A stretch of DNA of 64,000 nucleotides from Bacteroidota bacterium (GCA_013289175.1 JABDAN010000006.1:18988-82987); one strand, 5' to 3'; counted from the stretch's first letter, positions 27,749 through 36,689 are shown. Translations and numbers: made by a program. Notes: generated by a model not told the origin, from the sequence alone.

Positions 27749-29248
27749 ATGAAAGGAGTCATACTGGTCAATCCAAAAAGTGCCAATGCGAAATATAGGA
27801 TTCCGAATTCAATCTTAAATATTGCCGCTTCCGTGGAGGGAAAGTTGTCCTGGGTAGTAGTAGATGGAAACAGGGACTTGGACCCGTTGGCGGTCATCGT
27901 CCAATATCTGAAATCGGGTGACTACAAATATCTCGGCATTACCGTCATGCCCGGTCCCCAACTCAGGCAGGCTATCCCGATTTCCAAAGCGATCCGCGAG
28001 TGGTTTCCGGATGTCAAAATAATCTGGGGCGGCTATTTCCCCAGCACGCAGTACAAAGTGGTCTTGCAGTCGGGCTACGTGGATTTCGTGGTAAACGGAC
28101 CCGGAGACCATTGTTTTCCCCGCCTCATAGAGGCACTGGAGAAAAATCAGCCCTATGAGTTGATAAAAAACCTGATATATAGGTCGGGGGATAAGATTAT
28201 AAAAACGGTAAAGGAAGACCTGATCGATCAGGACCAGCTGCCGGCCTTGCCTTATGATAAGCTGGCGCAGACATATTTTATGGATAAATACCTGGGTAAG
28301 ACCTATCTGGGTGAGAAAACCATGGCTTATCATTCCAGTATCGGTTGTCCTTTTACCTGTTCATTCTGCGCCGTGGTTCCCATTTACGAAGCCAGGTGGA
28401 AAGCAAAATCTGCGGCAAGAGTGTATCAGGACATCAAATTCATTAAAGACAAATGGGGAGCAGACGCCATTGAATTTCATGACAATAACTTTTTTGTTTC
28501 GGAAAAGCGGGTCGTGGAATTTTCAGAATTGATTCTTCCCGAGAAAATGAACTGGTGGGGAATGGCCAGGATAGACACCATGGCAAAATTCAAGGATGCA
28601 AGCCTGGCGCTTATCCGGGAAGCGGGATGCAAATGCATATTTTTTGGTGCGGAATCTGGCAATGATGAGATTTTAAAACTGATGGATAAGGGTGGCACGC
28701 AAACCGGGGAACAGATCGCGGCTTTTGCCGAACGGTTGAAAAAATTTGGTATCATTCCAGAATATTCCTTCGTACTGGGTACGCCAGCCCCTACACCGGC
28801 CGAAGTGGAAGCCCAAATTGATTTTGACATCGCGTTTATAAAAAAAATCAAGAGAATCAACCCGGGAACCGAGATTGTGATTTATGTCTACAGTCCGGTG
28901 GCTACCGAGGGCTCAGAATTGTACAACCAGGTGCTGAGCAAAGGATTTAAGTTTCCTGAAAAGCTGGAAGACTGGATCAGTCCAGCCTGGGAAAATTTTG
29001 ACCTTCGCAAAAATCCGCTCACCCCCTGGCTTTCCCCGGCCATGGTGGACAAGATTAAGAATTTTGAAACCGTTCTGAACGGTTTTTATCCAACCGTCAC
29101 CGACATCCGTCTAAACAATTTTAAGAGAAGGGCCATTCACTTTCTGTCAGGGATACGGTACAAAATTAATATCCACCAATATCCATACGAGATAAAATTA
29201 CTGCAGAAACTGTGGAAATACCGACAACCCGAGATTCAGGGATTTTAA
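27749..29248 (+). CDS. Cobalamin (B12)-binding radical SAM protein
   Basis: B12-binding N-domain (WGGYFPS, VDFVVNGPGD), GCPFTCSFC, HDNNFF, FGAESG. Confidence 0.92.
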   Translation: MKGVILVNPKSANAKYRIPNSILNIAASVEGKLSWVVVDGNRDLDPLAVIVQYLKSGDYKYLGITVMPGPQLRQAIPISKAIREWFPDVKIIWGGYFPSTQYKVVLQSGYVDFVVNGPGDHCFPRLIEALEKNQPYELIKNLIYRSGDKIIKTVKEDLIDQDQLPALPYDKLAQTYFMDKYLGKTYLGEKTMAYHSSIGCPFTCSFCAVVPIYEARWKAKSAARVYQDIKFIKDKWGADAIEFHDNNFFVSEKRVVEFSELILPEKMNWWGMARIDTMAKFKDASLALIREAGCKCIFFGAESGNDEILKLMDKGGTQTGEQIAAFAERLKKFGIIPEYSFVLGTPAPTPAEVEAQIDFDIAFIKKIKRINPGTEIVIYVYSPVATEGSELYNQVLSKGFKFPEKLEDWISPAWENFDLRKNPLTPWLSPAMVDKIKNFETVLNGFYPTVTDIRLNNFKRRAIHFLSGIRYKINIHQYPYEIKLLQKLWKYRQPEIQGF

Positions 29249-30009
29249 ATTATGTAACATTGACCAACGGATTTTTCTTAAACGCTCAGGCCGATCGGCA
29301 CAAGTCCCAGGATGGATTTGAGAAACTTTACCTGGGTTCCAGAAAAATAGAAAACCGGATCTATACGGACGATCAGGTCAGAAAATTGCCGTGGGTAGCT
29401 CCATCGCACGAGCATGCCAGCGAATGGGAAATCAGGAAAAGGTCTTCTGAGAGGCTGATAAGGTATTTGAAAAATAAAAATAAACCCCTGCAAATACTGG
29501 AAGTAGGTTGCGGAAACGGTTGGCTTTCACATCGAATTTCTTGTATCCGTCAATCCCATGTAACGGGATTGGATGTCAACCGGTTTGAATTAAAACAGGC
29601 CCGAAGGGTATTTTCCGAAAACACCAATCTGTCTTTTGCAGAAGGGGACATCCATTCGCTATCTGCAGAGCGTGCATTCGACGTCATTGTATTTGCCGCA
29701 TCCATTCAATATTTTTTTTCGCTGGACCAAGTCATGGATGATGCGTTTTCAATCCTAAAAAAAGAAGGGGAGATCCACATCTTGGACAGCTTCTTTTACA
29801 ATGCCCATGAAATTGAAAAAGCCAGGTATCGGAGCCATGTTTATTATAAGTCGATTGGGTTTGAAGAAATGTCCAAATTCTATTTTCATCACAGTATCCT
29901 GGCCTTGAAGCACTTCCATTTTACTTATTTGTACAACCCGGCTCGAATAACAAACTTTTTATTTGGAAACAGACATCCCTTTGCTTGGATTCGGATAAGG
30001 AAGCCATGA
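29212..30009 (+). CDS. Class I SAM-dependent methyltransferase
   Basis: ILEVGCGNGWL, GLDVN, FDVIVFAASIQY; start uncertain (GTG 29212 or TTG 29260). Confidence 0.88.
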   Translation: MEIPTTRDSGILNYVTLTNGFFLNAQADRHKSQDGFEKLYLGSRKIENRIYTDDQVRKLPWVAPSHEHASEWEIRKRSSERLIRYLKNKNKPLQILEVGCGNGWLSHRISCIRQSHVTGLDVNRFELKQARRVFSENTNLSFAEGDIHSLSAERAFDVIVFAASIQYFFSLDQVMDDAFSILKKEGEIHILDSFFYNAHEIEKARYRSHVYYKSIGFEEMSKFYFHHSILALKHFHFTYLYNPARITNFLFGNRHPFAWIRIRKP

Positions 30010-31052
30010 AAATACAATCCCCATACCAGACCTACAAAAGGTTCCGGACACTGCAGACGGATACGATTACATCGTTGCCCATTGTCATTTTAATGCCTCA
30101 CAGTGCCTGCAATTGCCGTTGTGTAATGTGCGATATCTGGAAAGGGAATCATAATTTAAAACAACTTTCCGAAGCCGATATCCAAGGGCTTTTGGACAGC
30201 TTGAGAAAATATGAAACCAAGCAGGTGCTGATGACGGGCGGAGAGGCCATGCTGCATGCCAATTTCTTCAGGTTCTGTGAAATTCTTAAAAAAGAAAAAA
30301 TAAAGATCAGTTTGCTCTCTACAGGACTGACCATGAAAAAAAATGCCCATTTGCTGGTGGATGGGGTGGACGACATTATCGTCTCCCTCGATGGGAATGA
30401 GGAAATACACAACAGAATCCGCAATATCCCGGGCGCCTATCTGCGGTTAAGGGAAGGCATAGAAGCAGTAAAATCCCTGAAACCTTCTTTCCCGGTCAGC
30501 GGCAGAACGGTGATTCAAAAATTGAATTTCCGCCATTGGGCCGCGATATTGGAATCGGCAAAACAGATCGGCTTGAATACCGTCAGTTTTCTTCCGGCCG
30601 ATGTAAGCAGCACGGCCTTCAACAGAGCCATGCAATGGGAATTGGAAAAACAACATCAGATCATGCTGGGAGAAGAAGACCTAGGCGAACTGGGAGAAGT
30701 AGTCGAAGATATTATTGACAATTATAAAGGTGATTTCGTCAGTCATTTTATTGTGGAATCGCCAGCGAAATTGCGTAATATTTATCAGTATTATGCCGCT
30801 TGCCACGGTTTCAACGATTTTCCCTATAAAAAATGCAATGCTCCCTGGGTTTCCACAGTAATTGAGGCGGATGGGACAGTCAGACCTTGTTTTTTTCACA
30901 ATGATTATGGCAATATCAAATCTGATCCCTTGGATAAAATTATCAATAGCCCTCAAGCCATCCGGTTTAGAAAAAACCTGGATATGGCAGAGGACGAAAC
31001 CTGTAAAAAATGTGTCTGTTATCTGAATTTAAAACCCCATATTCAAATTTAG
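30006..31052 (+). CDS. Radical SAM protein with a SPASM/twitch C-terminal domain
   Basis: CNCRCVMC, TGGEA, VSLDG...HNRIR, CNAPW...ADGTVRPC...CKKC; ATG at 30006 overlaps the upstream TGA. Confidence 0.92.
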   Translation: MKIQSPYQTYKRFRTLQTDTITSLPIVILMPHSACNCRCVMCDIWKGNHNLKQLSEADIQGLLDSLRKYETKQVLMTGGEAMLHANFFRFCEILKKEKIKISLLSTGLTMKKNAHLLVDGVDDIIVSLDGNEEIHNRIRNIPGAYLRLREGIEAVKSLKPSFPVSGRTVIQKLNFRHWAAILESAKQIGLNTVSFLPADVSSTAFNRAMQWELEKQHQIMLGEEDLGELGEVVEDIIDNYKGDFVSHFIVESPAKLRNIYQYYAACHGFNDFPYKKCNAPWVSTVIEADGTVRPCFFHNDYGNIKSDPLDKIINSPQAIRFRKNLDMAEDETCKKCVCYLNLKPHIQI

Positions 31053-31143
31053 TCGGCCTGGGTCTATTGCGTGATTCAAAAGAAACGAGTTCATGTTAAG
31101 TCACTGTAAAAACGATGAATAAAACGGCTATCAGTCCATACTC

Positions 31144-32607
31144 ATGAATAATATCCTGCTGACACATTCCTATTTCCTTCGCTTTGACCCGAAACAATGG
31201 GTTACCGGACGGCCCTATCCTCCACTAGGAACCTTATACGCAGCTTCATTTCTTCGGCATCATGGCCATGAAATTTCATTTTTTGATACCATGTTTTCAA
31301 AAGGACCGGAAGAGATATTTCCTTTTTTGAACCAGGAGAAGCCCGGCATTTTCGTGATCTACGACGATGGATTTAATTATTTGACAAAAATGTGCCTGGA
31401 CAATATGCGGCAGGCTGCCTTTAAAATGATTCGTTATGCAAAACAGCTGGGGGCTACCGTCGTTGTTTCCAGTTCGGATTCAACGGATCGCTTTGAACTG
31501 TATTTGGAGCAGGGCGCAGATTTCATCATACTGGGAGAGGCAGAAATGATATTGCTTGAATTGGTCAATGCGCTGAACAATAATCAGGGAGACTATTTTC
31601 AGATTGAAGGCCTGGCCTTCAAAAAGGATGGCGCCATCGTAAAGACCAAACGCCGCAGCGTGATGAAAGACCTGGATCTTCTGCCTTTTCCTGCCTGGGA
31701 ACTTTTGGATGTTTCGCCTTACCGGCACATGTGGATGGAACATGCCGGATATTTTTCGTTGAACATGGGCACAACCAGGGGTTGTCCTTTCAAATGCAAC
31801 TGGTGCGCCAAACCCATTTACGGCAATCGGTATAATTCCAGGACCCCGGAAAATGTTGTACAGGAACTGAAAATGCTAAAAGAACGGTTTTCCTTTGATC
31901 ATATCTGGTTTTGTGACGACATTTTTGGGCTTAAACCAGGGTGGGTCCGTGAATTTGCGGATTGTGTCGAAAAAGAACATTTGAATTTTAAATTTAAGAT
32001 ACAGGGACGCGTCGATTTATTGCTGCAGGAAAACAATATCCGCGATCTTAAAAGGGCTGGCTGCGAAAATATTTGGATGGGGGCTGAGAGTGGTTCGCAA
32101 AAAATCCTGGATGCCATGGATAAGGGCACTACCGTGGCTCAAATCTATGAAGCAACCCGTCTTTTGAAATCGCAAGGGATACATCCTTCTTTTTTCATTC
32201 AGTTTGGTTATTTATCGGAGACCAAGGAAGACATTGAAAAAACGATTTCAATGATCAATACGTTGTTGCCATACGAGATCGGCATATCTGTTTCCTACCC
32301 ATTACCCGGGACAGTTTTTTTCGACAAGGTAAAGAGCCAGATGAAAGAAAAGACAAACTGGACGGATTCCGACGAGCTGGCCCTGATGTTTAGAAATACC
32401 TATCAGCCTGAATTTTATAAACAATTGCACCGTTATGTTCATAAAAACTATAGAAAACACCTTGCTTTTGACAACCTAAAGAAAATCCTGCTTCATCCCC
32501 TTAAGGTCACGGCCCTGGAACTAAAAAGGGCGATATCGATTCTTTATTATATTCCGGCTACTTATATGGAAAAGTTGAAGTTGAGTAAATTAGAAAATTC
32601 CGCCTAG
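31144..32607 (+). CDS. Cobalamin (B12)-binding radical SAM protein
   Basis: YPPLGTLYAA, ADFIILGEAE, TTRGCPFKCNWC, CDDIF, MGAESGSQKILD, YPLPGT. Confidence 0.93.
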   Translation: MNNILLTHSYFLRFDPKQWVTGRPYPPLGTLYAASFLRHHGHEISFFDTMFSKGPEEIFPFLNQEKPGIFVIYDDGFNYLTKMCLDNMRQAAFKMIRYAKQLGATVVVSSSDSTDRFELYLEQGADFIILGEAEMILLELVNALNNNQGDYFQIEGLAFKKDGAIVKTKRRSVMKDLDLLPFPAWELLDVSPYRHMWMEHAGYFSLNMGTTRGCPFKCNWCAKPIYGNRYNSRTPENVVQELKMLKERFSFDHIWFCDDIFGLKPGWVREFADCVEKEHLNFKFKIQGRVDLLLQENNIRDLKRAGCENIWMGAESGSQKILDAMDKGTTVAQIYEATRLLKSQGIHPSFFIQFGYLSETKEDIEKTISMINTLLPYEIGISVSYPLPGTVFFDKVKSQMKEKTNWTDSDELALMFRNTYQPEFYKQLHRYVHKNYRKHLAFDNLKKILLHPLKVTALELKRAISILYYIPATYMEKLKLSKLENSA

Positions 32608-32609
32608 TC

Positions 32610-33437
32610 ATGCAAGTAGATACAAAGAATGAAAAAAAGGTAGCCTTCGCATTTTCGCAGCAGGCTGCGAGCTTTGATGACCTGTATTCGGGAAATATCA
32701 TTATTCAGTATAAGAGGCAAAGGGTTCGAAACCACTTAATGAAATATTTGAAACCTCAAAGTCATATACTGGAATTAAATGCGGGTACGGGTGAAGATGC
32801 TGTTTTTCTCGCCAACCAGGGACACCGGGTGCATGCAACCGATCTTTCCAGCGGTATGAAGCAGAAAATGCAGCAAAAGATACTTGCGGCCGGTCTAAAC
32901 AGCCAGGTAACCACTGAACTGTGTTCTTTCACTAAGTTGGAAACCCTGTCCTTACAGGGTCCCTATGATTGTATATTTTCAAATTTTGCCGGCTTGAATT
33001 GCACCGATGGTCTGGACAAGGTTCTCAGAAGTTTTGATCGCCTGCTCAAACCGGGAGGCATCGTGGTTCTGGTGATCCTTCCAAAATTTTGTTTATGGGA
33101 AACACTGCTGCTGTTTGCAGGTAAAGGAAAAACAGCTACGCGAAGATTTTTCGGCAGTCGCGGAAGAAAGGCGAAAATTGAGAGCAATACTTTTACTTGC
33201 TGGTATTATAATCCAGGATTTGTGAAAAAGACCTTGAAGGATAATTTTAAGGTGTTGGAAACAGAGGGATTGTGTACCCTGGTGCCACCTTCCTATATAG
33301 AAGGGTTCCCACAAAAACATTCTAAAATTTACTCATGGCTTTGTAAAGCCGAAGATCGCCTCAAAAACAAATGGCCCTGGAAATACGTGGGTGATTATTA
33401 TATTATTTCACTTCGCAAACAAACGGCAGCAGTTTAA
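32610..33437 (+). CDS. Class I SAM-dependent methyltransferase
   Basis: ILELNAGTGEDA, SNFAGLNC, LKPGG; related in type to 24966-25685. Confidence 0.9.
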   Translation: MQVDTKNEKKVAFAFSQQAASFDDLYSGNIIIQYKRQRVRNHLMKYLKPQSHILELNAGTGEDAVFLANQGHRVHATDLSSGMKQKMQQKILAAGLNSQVTTELCSFTKLETLSLQGPYDCIFSNFAGLNCTDGLDKVLRSFDRLLKPGGIVVLVILPKFCLWETLLLFAGKGKTATRRFFGSRGRKAKIESNTFTCWYYNPGFVKKTLKDNFKVLETEGLCTLVPPSYIEGFPQKHSKIYSWLCKAEDRLKNKWPWKYVGDYYIISLRKQTAAV

Positions 33438-34363
33438 AGCAAAAACCGGGAAAGTTCAAAGCGTTTGTAATTGTCCGCCAGGCTTCTTTCATATCGCACC
33501 AGCAAGCGTTTCTGAAAATTTTCAGGATGAGGTTTGGAATAGTGTTTTCCCAGGTCCATATTCAACGGTTTTCCCTTGCTGTTGATTCTACCCTGAATTG
33601 TTTTGGCTTGCCATCTGCGGGAAGTCAGTTTCATCAGGTAGTTATCCATCGCATCTCCCATCCGGTTATTTAACAAACGTTGAATCAAAACCCTCACCCA
33701 ATTTTTTCTAATTTTGTTGGTGGAGGAGAAATTTTGAAATTTATTGGGAAAAAAGGTTTTTGCCCACTTATTTTTTTCGAAGAATTCTTCAAAGATCCCC
33801 GTGCCCCGCATGGGTAGGACAGTGGATATTTCAATGGCAGTGTAAATGTTTTTTTCCCGAATAGCCAGGTTGGATTCATCGATGAAATAATTCATGCAAA
33901 AAAGATCCTCTTTGTTCAGTAAAAAGGATAGTTTTTTCATCCCATGAAGAAAGGTCCTGGCAATCCACAGCCGGTTGGAATCGGTAATAATGAAAAAGTC
34001 GACGTCTGCATGCTCGTCGGCAAAGTATTTGGAAAGTGAACCAGAAACGGCTACGCCCTTCACGAAAGGGAAACAAGAAATGACAGCCGCTGCCTTCTCT
34101 GCCTTCTTCAACAAAAGGGAAGCCCTTTCATTGCCCCTTGATCGCCTCTCCGCCAGCGTCGGGTCATCTTCGAGGCTATAAAAGTTTCCGATTTTGAAAA
34201 CGATACATTCTTCCACCAGGGTGTTCAAAGCCTCTTCAAATTCATTCATGTCACTACACTGCCGGAGGAAAATAAAGATTTCGCCTTTTTTCAGGGGATA
34301 GTTAAATAGGCCATAGTAAGTCAATGCAGCCAGTATATCCTTTTTTATACAGGGTTCATCCAT
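33434..34363 (-). CDS. Pol-beta superfamily nucleotidyltransferase-domain protein
   Basis: GVAVSGSLSK...ADVDFFII (GS-x-DxD), FCMNYFID; N-terminal helical, possibly wHTH-like segment. Confidence 0.75.
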   Translation of the reverse strand: MDEPCIKKDILAALTYYGLFNYPLKKGEIFIFLRQCSDMNEFEEALNTLVEECIVFKIGNFYSLEDDPTLAERRSRGNERASLLLKKAEKAAAVISCFPFVKGVAVSGSLSKYFADEHADVDFFIITDSNRLWIARTFLHGMKKLSFLLNKEDLFCMNYFIDESNLAIREKNIYTAIEISTVLPMRGTGIFEEFFEKNKWAKTFFPNKFQNFSSTNKIRKNWVRVLIQRLLNNRMGDAMDNYLMKLTSRRWQAKTIQGRINSKGKPLNMDLGKHYSKPHPENFQKRLLVRYERSLADNYKRFELSRFLL

Positions 34364-34404
34364 GGTAAACCTTTTTAAATGTGTTCCGGCGCTTTTTATG
34401 GTAA

Positions 34405-34430
34405 TACGTTAAAATCATTTACTGGTTGCA
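34405..34430 (-). promoter_or_regulatory. Putative ECF sigma promoter TGCAAC-N16-CGTA
   Basis: Exact motif about 41 bp upstream of the ATG at 34363. Confidence 0.62.
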
Positions 34431-34648
34431 AGGGTTCAAAGAATGGAAAATGGGTTAGGTCGGCCATCAACCTCTTTTTCTTGGTCATCCGGACAATCCA
34501 AGAAACCGAACGAACGTCTTGGTTCCGGATTGGTGGTGCGTCTGGGCTCAACAGATAATTTCGCCGGTCACGCTCCCTTGCGTATACTCCCGCCCCGCGG
34601 ATCTAAACTTCCTGCGGAGGATCTAGCCTTTTTAAAAGCCCGGTCCTT

Positions 34649-35827
34649 TTAAGTGGAATGCTGGAAACAGGGGGTCTGTAAGTTCATATCCAACACGTTT
34701 ATGGCGGATCCCGTCATTTCTGGATTGGGAAAGTCAGACTCACCACCCTTATGAATGATGGAAAAATAGCCTTCGGCGGTACGCATACTCGCTTTTTGCC
34801 AGGTATAGTCGTTTGCTATCTTTATTCGAAGGGAATCATTGAGCGGTTTTAAACTGGCCCTTATAACGGCTGACAAAATGCTCTGGGGTGAATCGGGAGT
34901 GCAATACTCGGCATGGCTGCCAAAGTATTCTTCGGTATCCCCTTTATCAGAAATTACAATATTGCAACCCATGGCGGCTGATTCCAAAGAACTTAATCCG
35001 GTTGTCTCAAACCAGCTGGGCAGGGCATGAACCTTGGCTTTCTGATAATAGTAGACCAGGGATTCCTGAGGAAGCTGTTCTATGAAATGAATATTGCTGG
35101 CTGCAGCCGCCCAGCAGGATTCATAGTAGGAGTGTTGGTTTGGCGCACAAGCGCCGATGATAAAAAGATGAAAGTCCGTGTGATTGAGGGCCTTGATGAG
35201 GTTTAGTTGATTTTTAATTCCTTCGATCCTTGCCACACAGAGAACCATTTTAGGATCCTTTTTTATATGTTGATTAAAACTGAAGAGATTGCCATCGACT
35301 CCGTTTGGCACTATGATGTGTTTTTTTTGACAGCCATATTGCTGGCTGATTCTTTTGTATTCTGAGGCCGAGTTGGGAAGGATCAATCCGGCTTTTTTTA
35401 GTATTTCTCTAATGGATTTATTCTGGCCTTTCAGGGCATAGGTCAAACTCATCATTTTGTCATTGCCGCGGAGCCAACGGAAAAATACTTTGAGATATTC
35501 AATATGGCCGGCCGGCAGGTGGCGGAACACGATTCCAGAAAGTCCTTTTCGATGGTATTTGTCATATTCACTGTAGTCGATCAGAATGGTGGATATAACG
35601 AAGGGCAATTGGGCTTTTGCAATATGGTGTAGGATGTCAGCCGGACGGGTGATATTAAAGAAATGTAATAAGTTATATTGACTGTAATTAATGGATTCAT
35701 TGGTCAGTCTGATGTCAACAAAAATCCCTAGGTGTTTGAGTAAACGGGCCGTTTGCAATACCTGTGTCGTATCTCCGCCCCGGGAGGAATAAAGGGTGCT
35801 CCTGACAATCATTGCAACTCTGGTCAT
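34649..35827 (-). CDS. Glycosyltransferase family 4
   Basis: GGDTTQ, VPNGVD, VARIEGIKNQ, LPSWFETTGLSSLESA; start taken as the ATG at 35827. Confidence 0.9.
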   Translation of the reverse strand: MTRVAMIVRSTLYSSRGGDTTQVLQTARLLKHLGIFVDIRLTNESINYSQYNLLHFFNITRPADILHHIAKAQLPFVISTILIDYSEYDKYHRKGLSGIVFRHLPAGHIEYLKVFFRWLRGNDKMMSLTYALKGQNKSIREILKKAGLILPNSASEYKRISQQYGCQKKHIIVPNGVDGNLFSFNQHIKKDPKMVLCVARIEGIKNQLNLIKALNHTDFHLFIIGACAPNQHSYYESCWAAAASNIHFIEQLPQESLVYYYQKAKVHALPSWFETTGLSSLESAAMGCNIVISDKGDTEEYFGSHAEYCTPDSPQSILSAVIRASLKPLNDSLRIKIANDYTWQKASMRTAEGYFSIIHKGGESDFPNPEMTGSAINVLDMNLQTPCFQHST

Positions 35828-35897
35828 GGTACGCTCGTGATTAAAAGACAAATTTTGTTGGAGTTTTTGAAGGTTAAAAATGAATTGCCGACAGCCC

Positions 35898-36434
35898 TTA
35901 TTTTTTTACAGGTACTTCTAGTGTGATATCTATTACACTTCCTACCGAACCACCAGGTTTACCAAGATGATAGTCCTCACGTTTGATGGAAAAATTGCCT
36001 TTAAAAATACCAGTATTGCCGGAGGAGGTGAACGTAAAGGGGATGGTTACTGATTTGGCAGTTCCCTTTAAATTTAGCTCCCCGAGGACTTCAAAACCGG
36101 TTGCAGTCTTTTGGATCTTCTGGGATTTGAAGCTGATGGTCGGATATTTTTTTGTATCTAACCACACCTCTTCGTTTCGAAGGTCGGTGTTGCGAAGCCC
36201 GATACCGCTTTTTACGCTGTTTGGATCGATGCTCGCACTGATGGAACTGGAAGCCAGGTCAGTTTCACTGAACTGCAGTGTGGATTTAAGTCCCGAAAAG
36301 CTGCCATGCACTTTACCGAAAGGACCGTCTACCGTAAAGTTTATTTTTGCCTTTTCTGCATCGGCATCCCAATTGTCAGCGGGAAGCATGCCTGGGATCA
36401 TGCTCAACAGGGCAATCAGCAGAAATAATTTCAT
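35898..36434 (-). CDS. YceI family lipid/polyisoprenoid-binding protein
   Basis: Signal peptide; GSFSG...SVKSGIGLRNTDL...KYPTISFKS...GELNLKG...IKREDY. Confidence 0.88.
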   Translation of the reverse strand: MKLFLLIALLSMIPGMLPADNWDADAEKAKINFTVDGPFGKVHGSFSGLKSTLQFSETDLASSSISASIDPNSVKSGIGLRNTDLRNEEVWLDTKKYPTISFKSQKIQKTATGFEVLGELNLKGTAKSVTIPFTFTSSGNTGIFKGNFSIKREDYHLGKPGGSVGSVIDITLEVPVKK

Positions 36435-36470
36435 CTGTATTTATTTGACGATTTCCTTTAGGTAAATAAA

Positions 36471-36497
36471 TACGATTGAATGCTGTAGGGGGTTGCA
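36471..36497 (-). promoter_or_regulatory. Putative ECF sigma promoter TGCAAC-N17-CGTA (yceI-GT4 operon)
   Basis: Exact motif about 36 bp upstream of the ATG at 36434. Confidence 0.65.
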
Positions 36498-36689
36498 ATG
36501 TGGGTAGCAGATAAGGACCGGATGGATATGCAAGGTGCAGACGGCCAGGTTGGTAGCCTTTGGTCCCGCCTTGCAAAATTAAAAAGGGAAAGAACCCATC
36601 GGGGCATTGACAAAATCGGGAGGCTTTTGCTGTTTAAACGGGCGAGCCCTCCGCCTCACCCTGGTCGCACCAGATAAGGGCGTGTATCT

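Noticed and set aside
34443-34652. 69-aa plus-strand ORF, and a 30-aa minus-strand ORF (MTKKKRLMAD...), as the RiPP precursor for the radical SAM enzymes
   Set aside because: Neither has leader/core structure or a convincing initiation region. The minus-strand ORF runs over the ECF promoter, and the locus has no RRE or peptidase.
20213-36434. Calling the locus a hopanoid, LPS O-antigen or capsule cluster
   Set aside because: There is no squalene-hopene cyclase, Wzx/Wzy/Wzz/Wza or NDP-sugar synthesis gene in the window.
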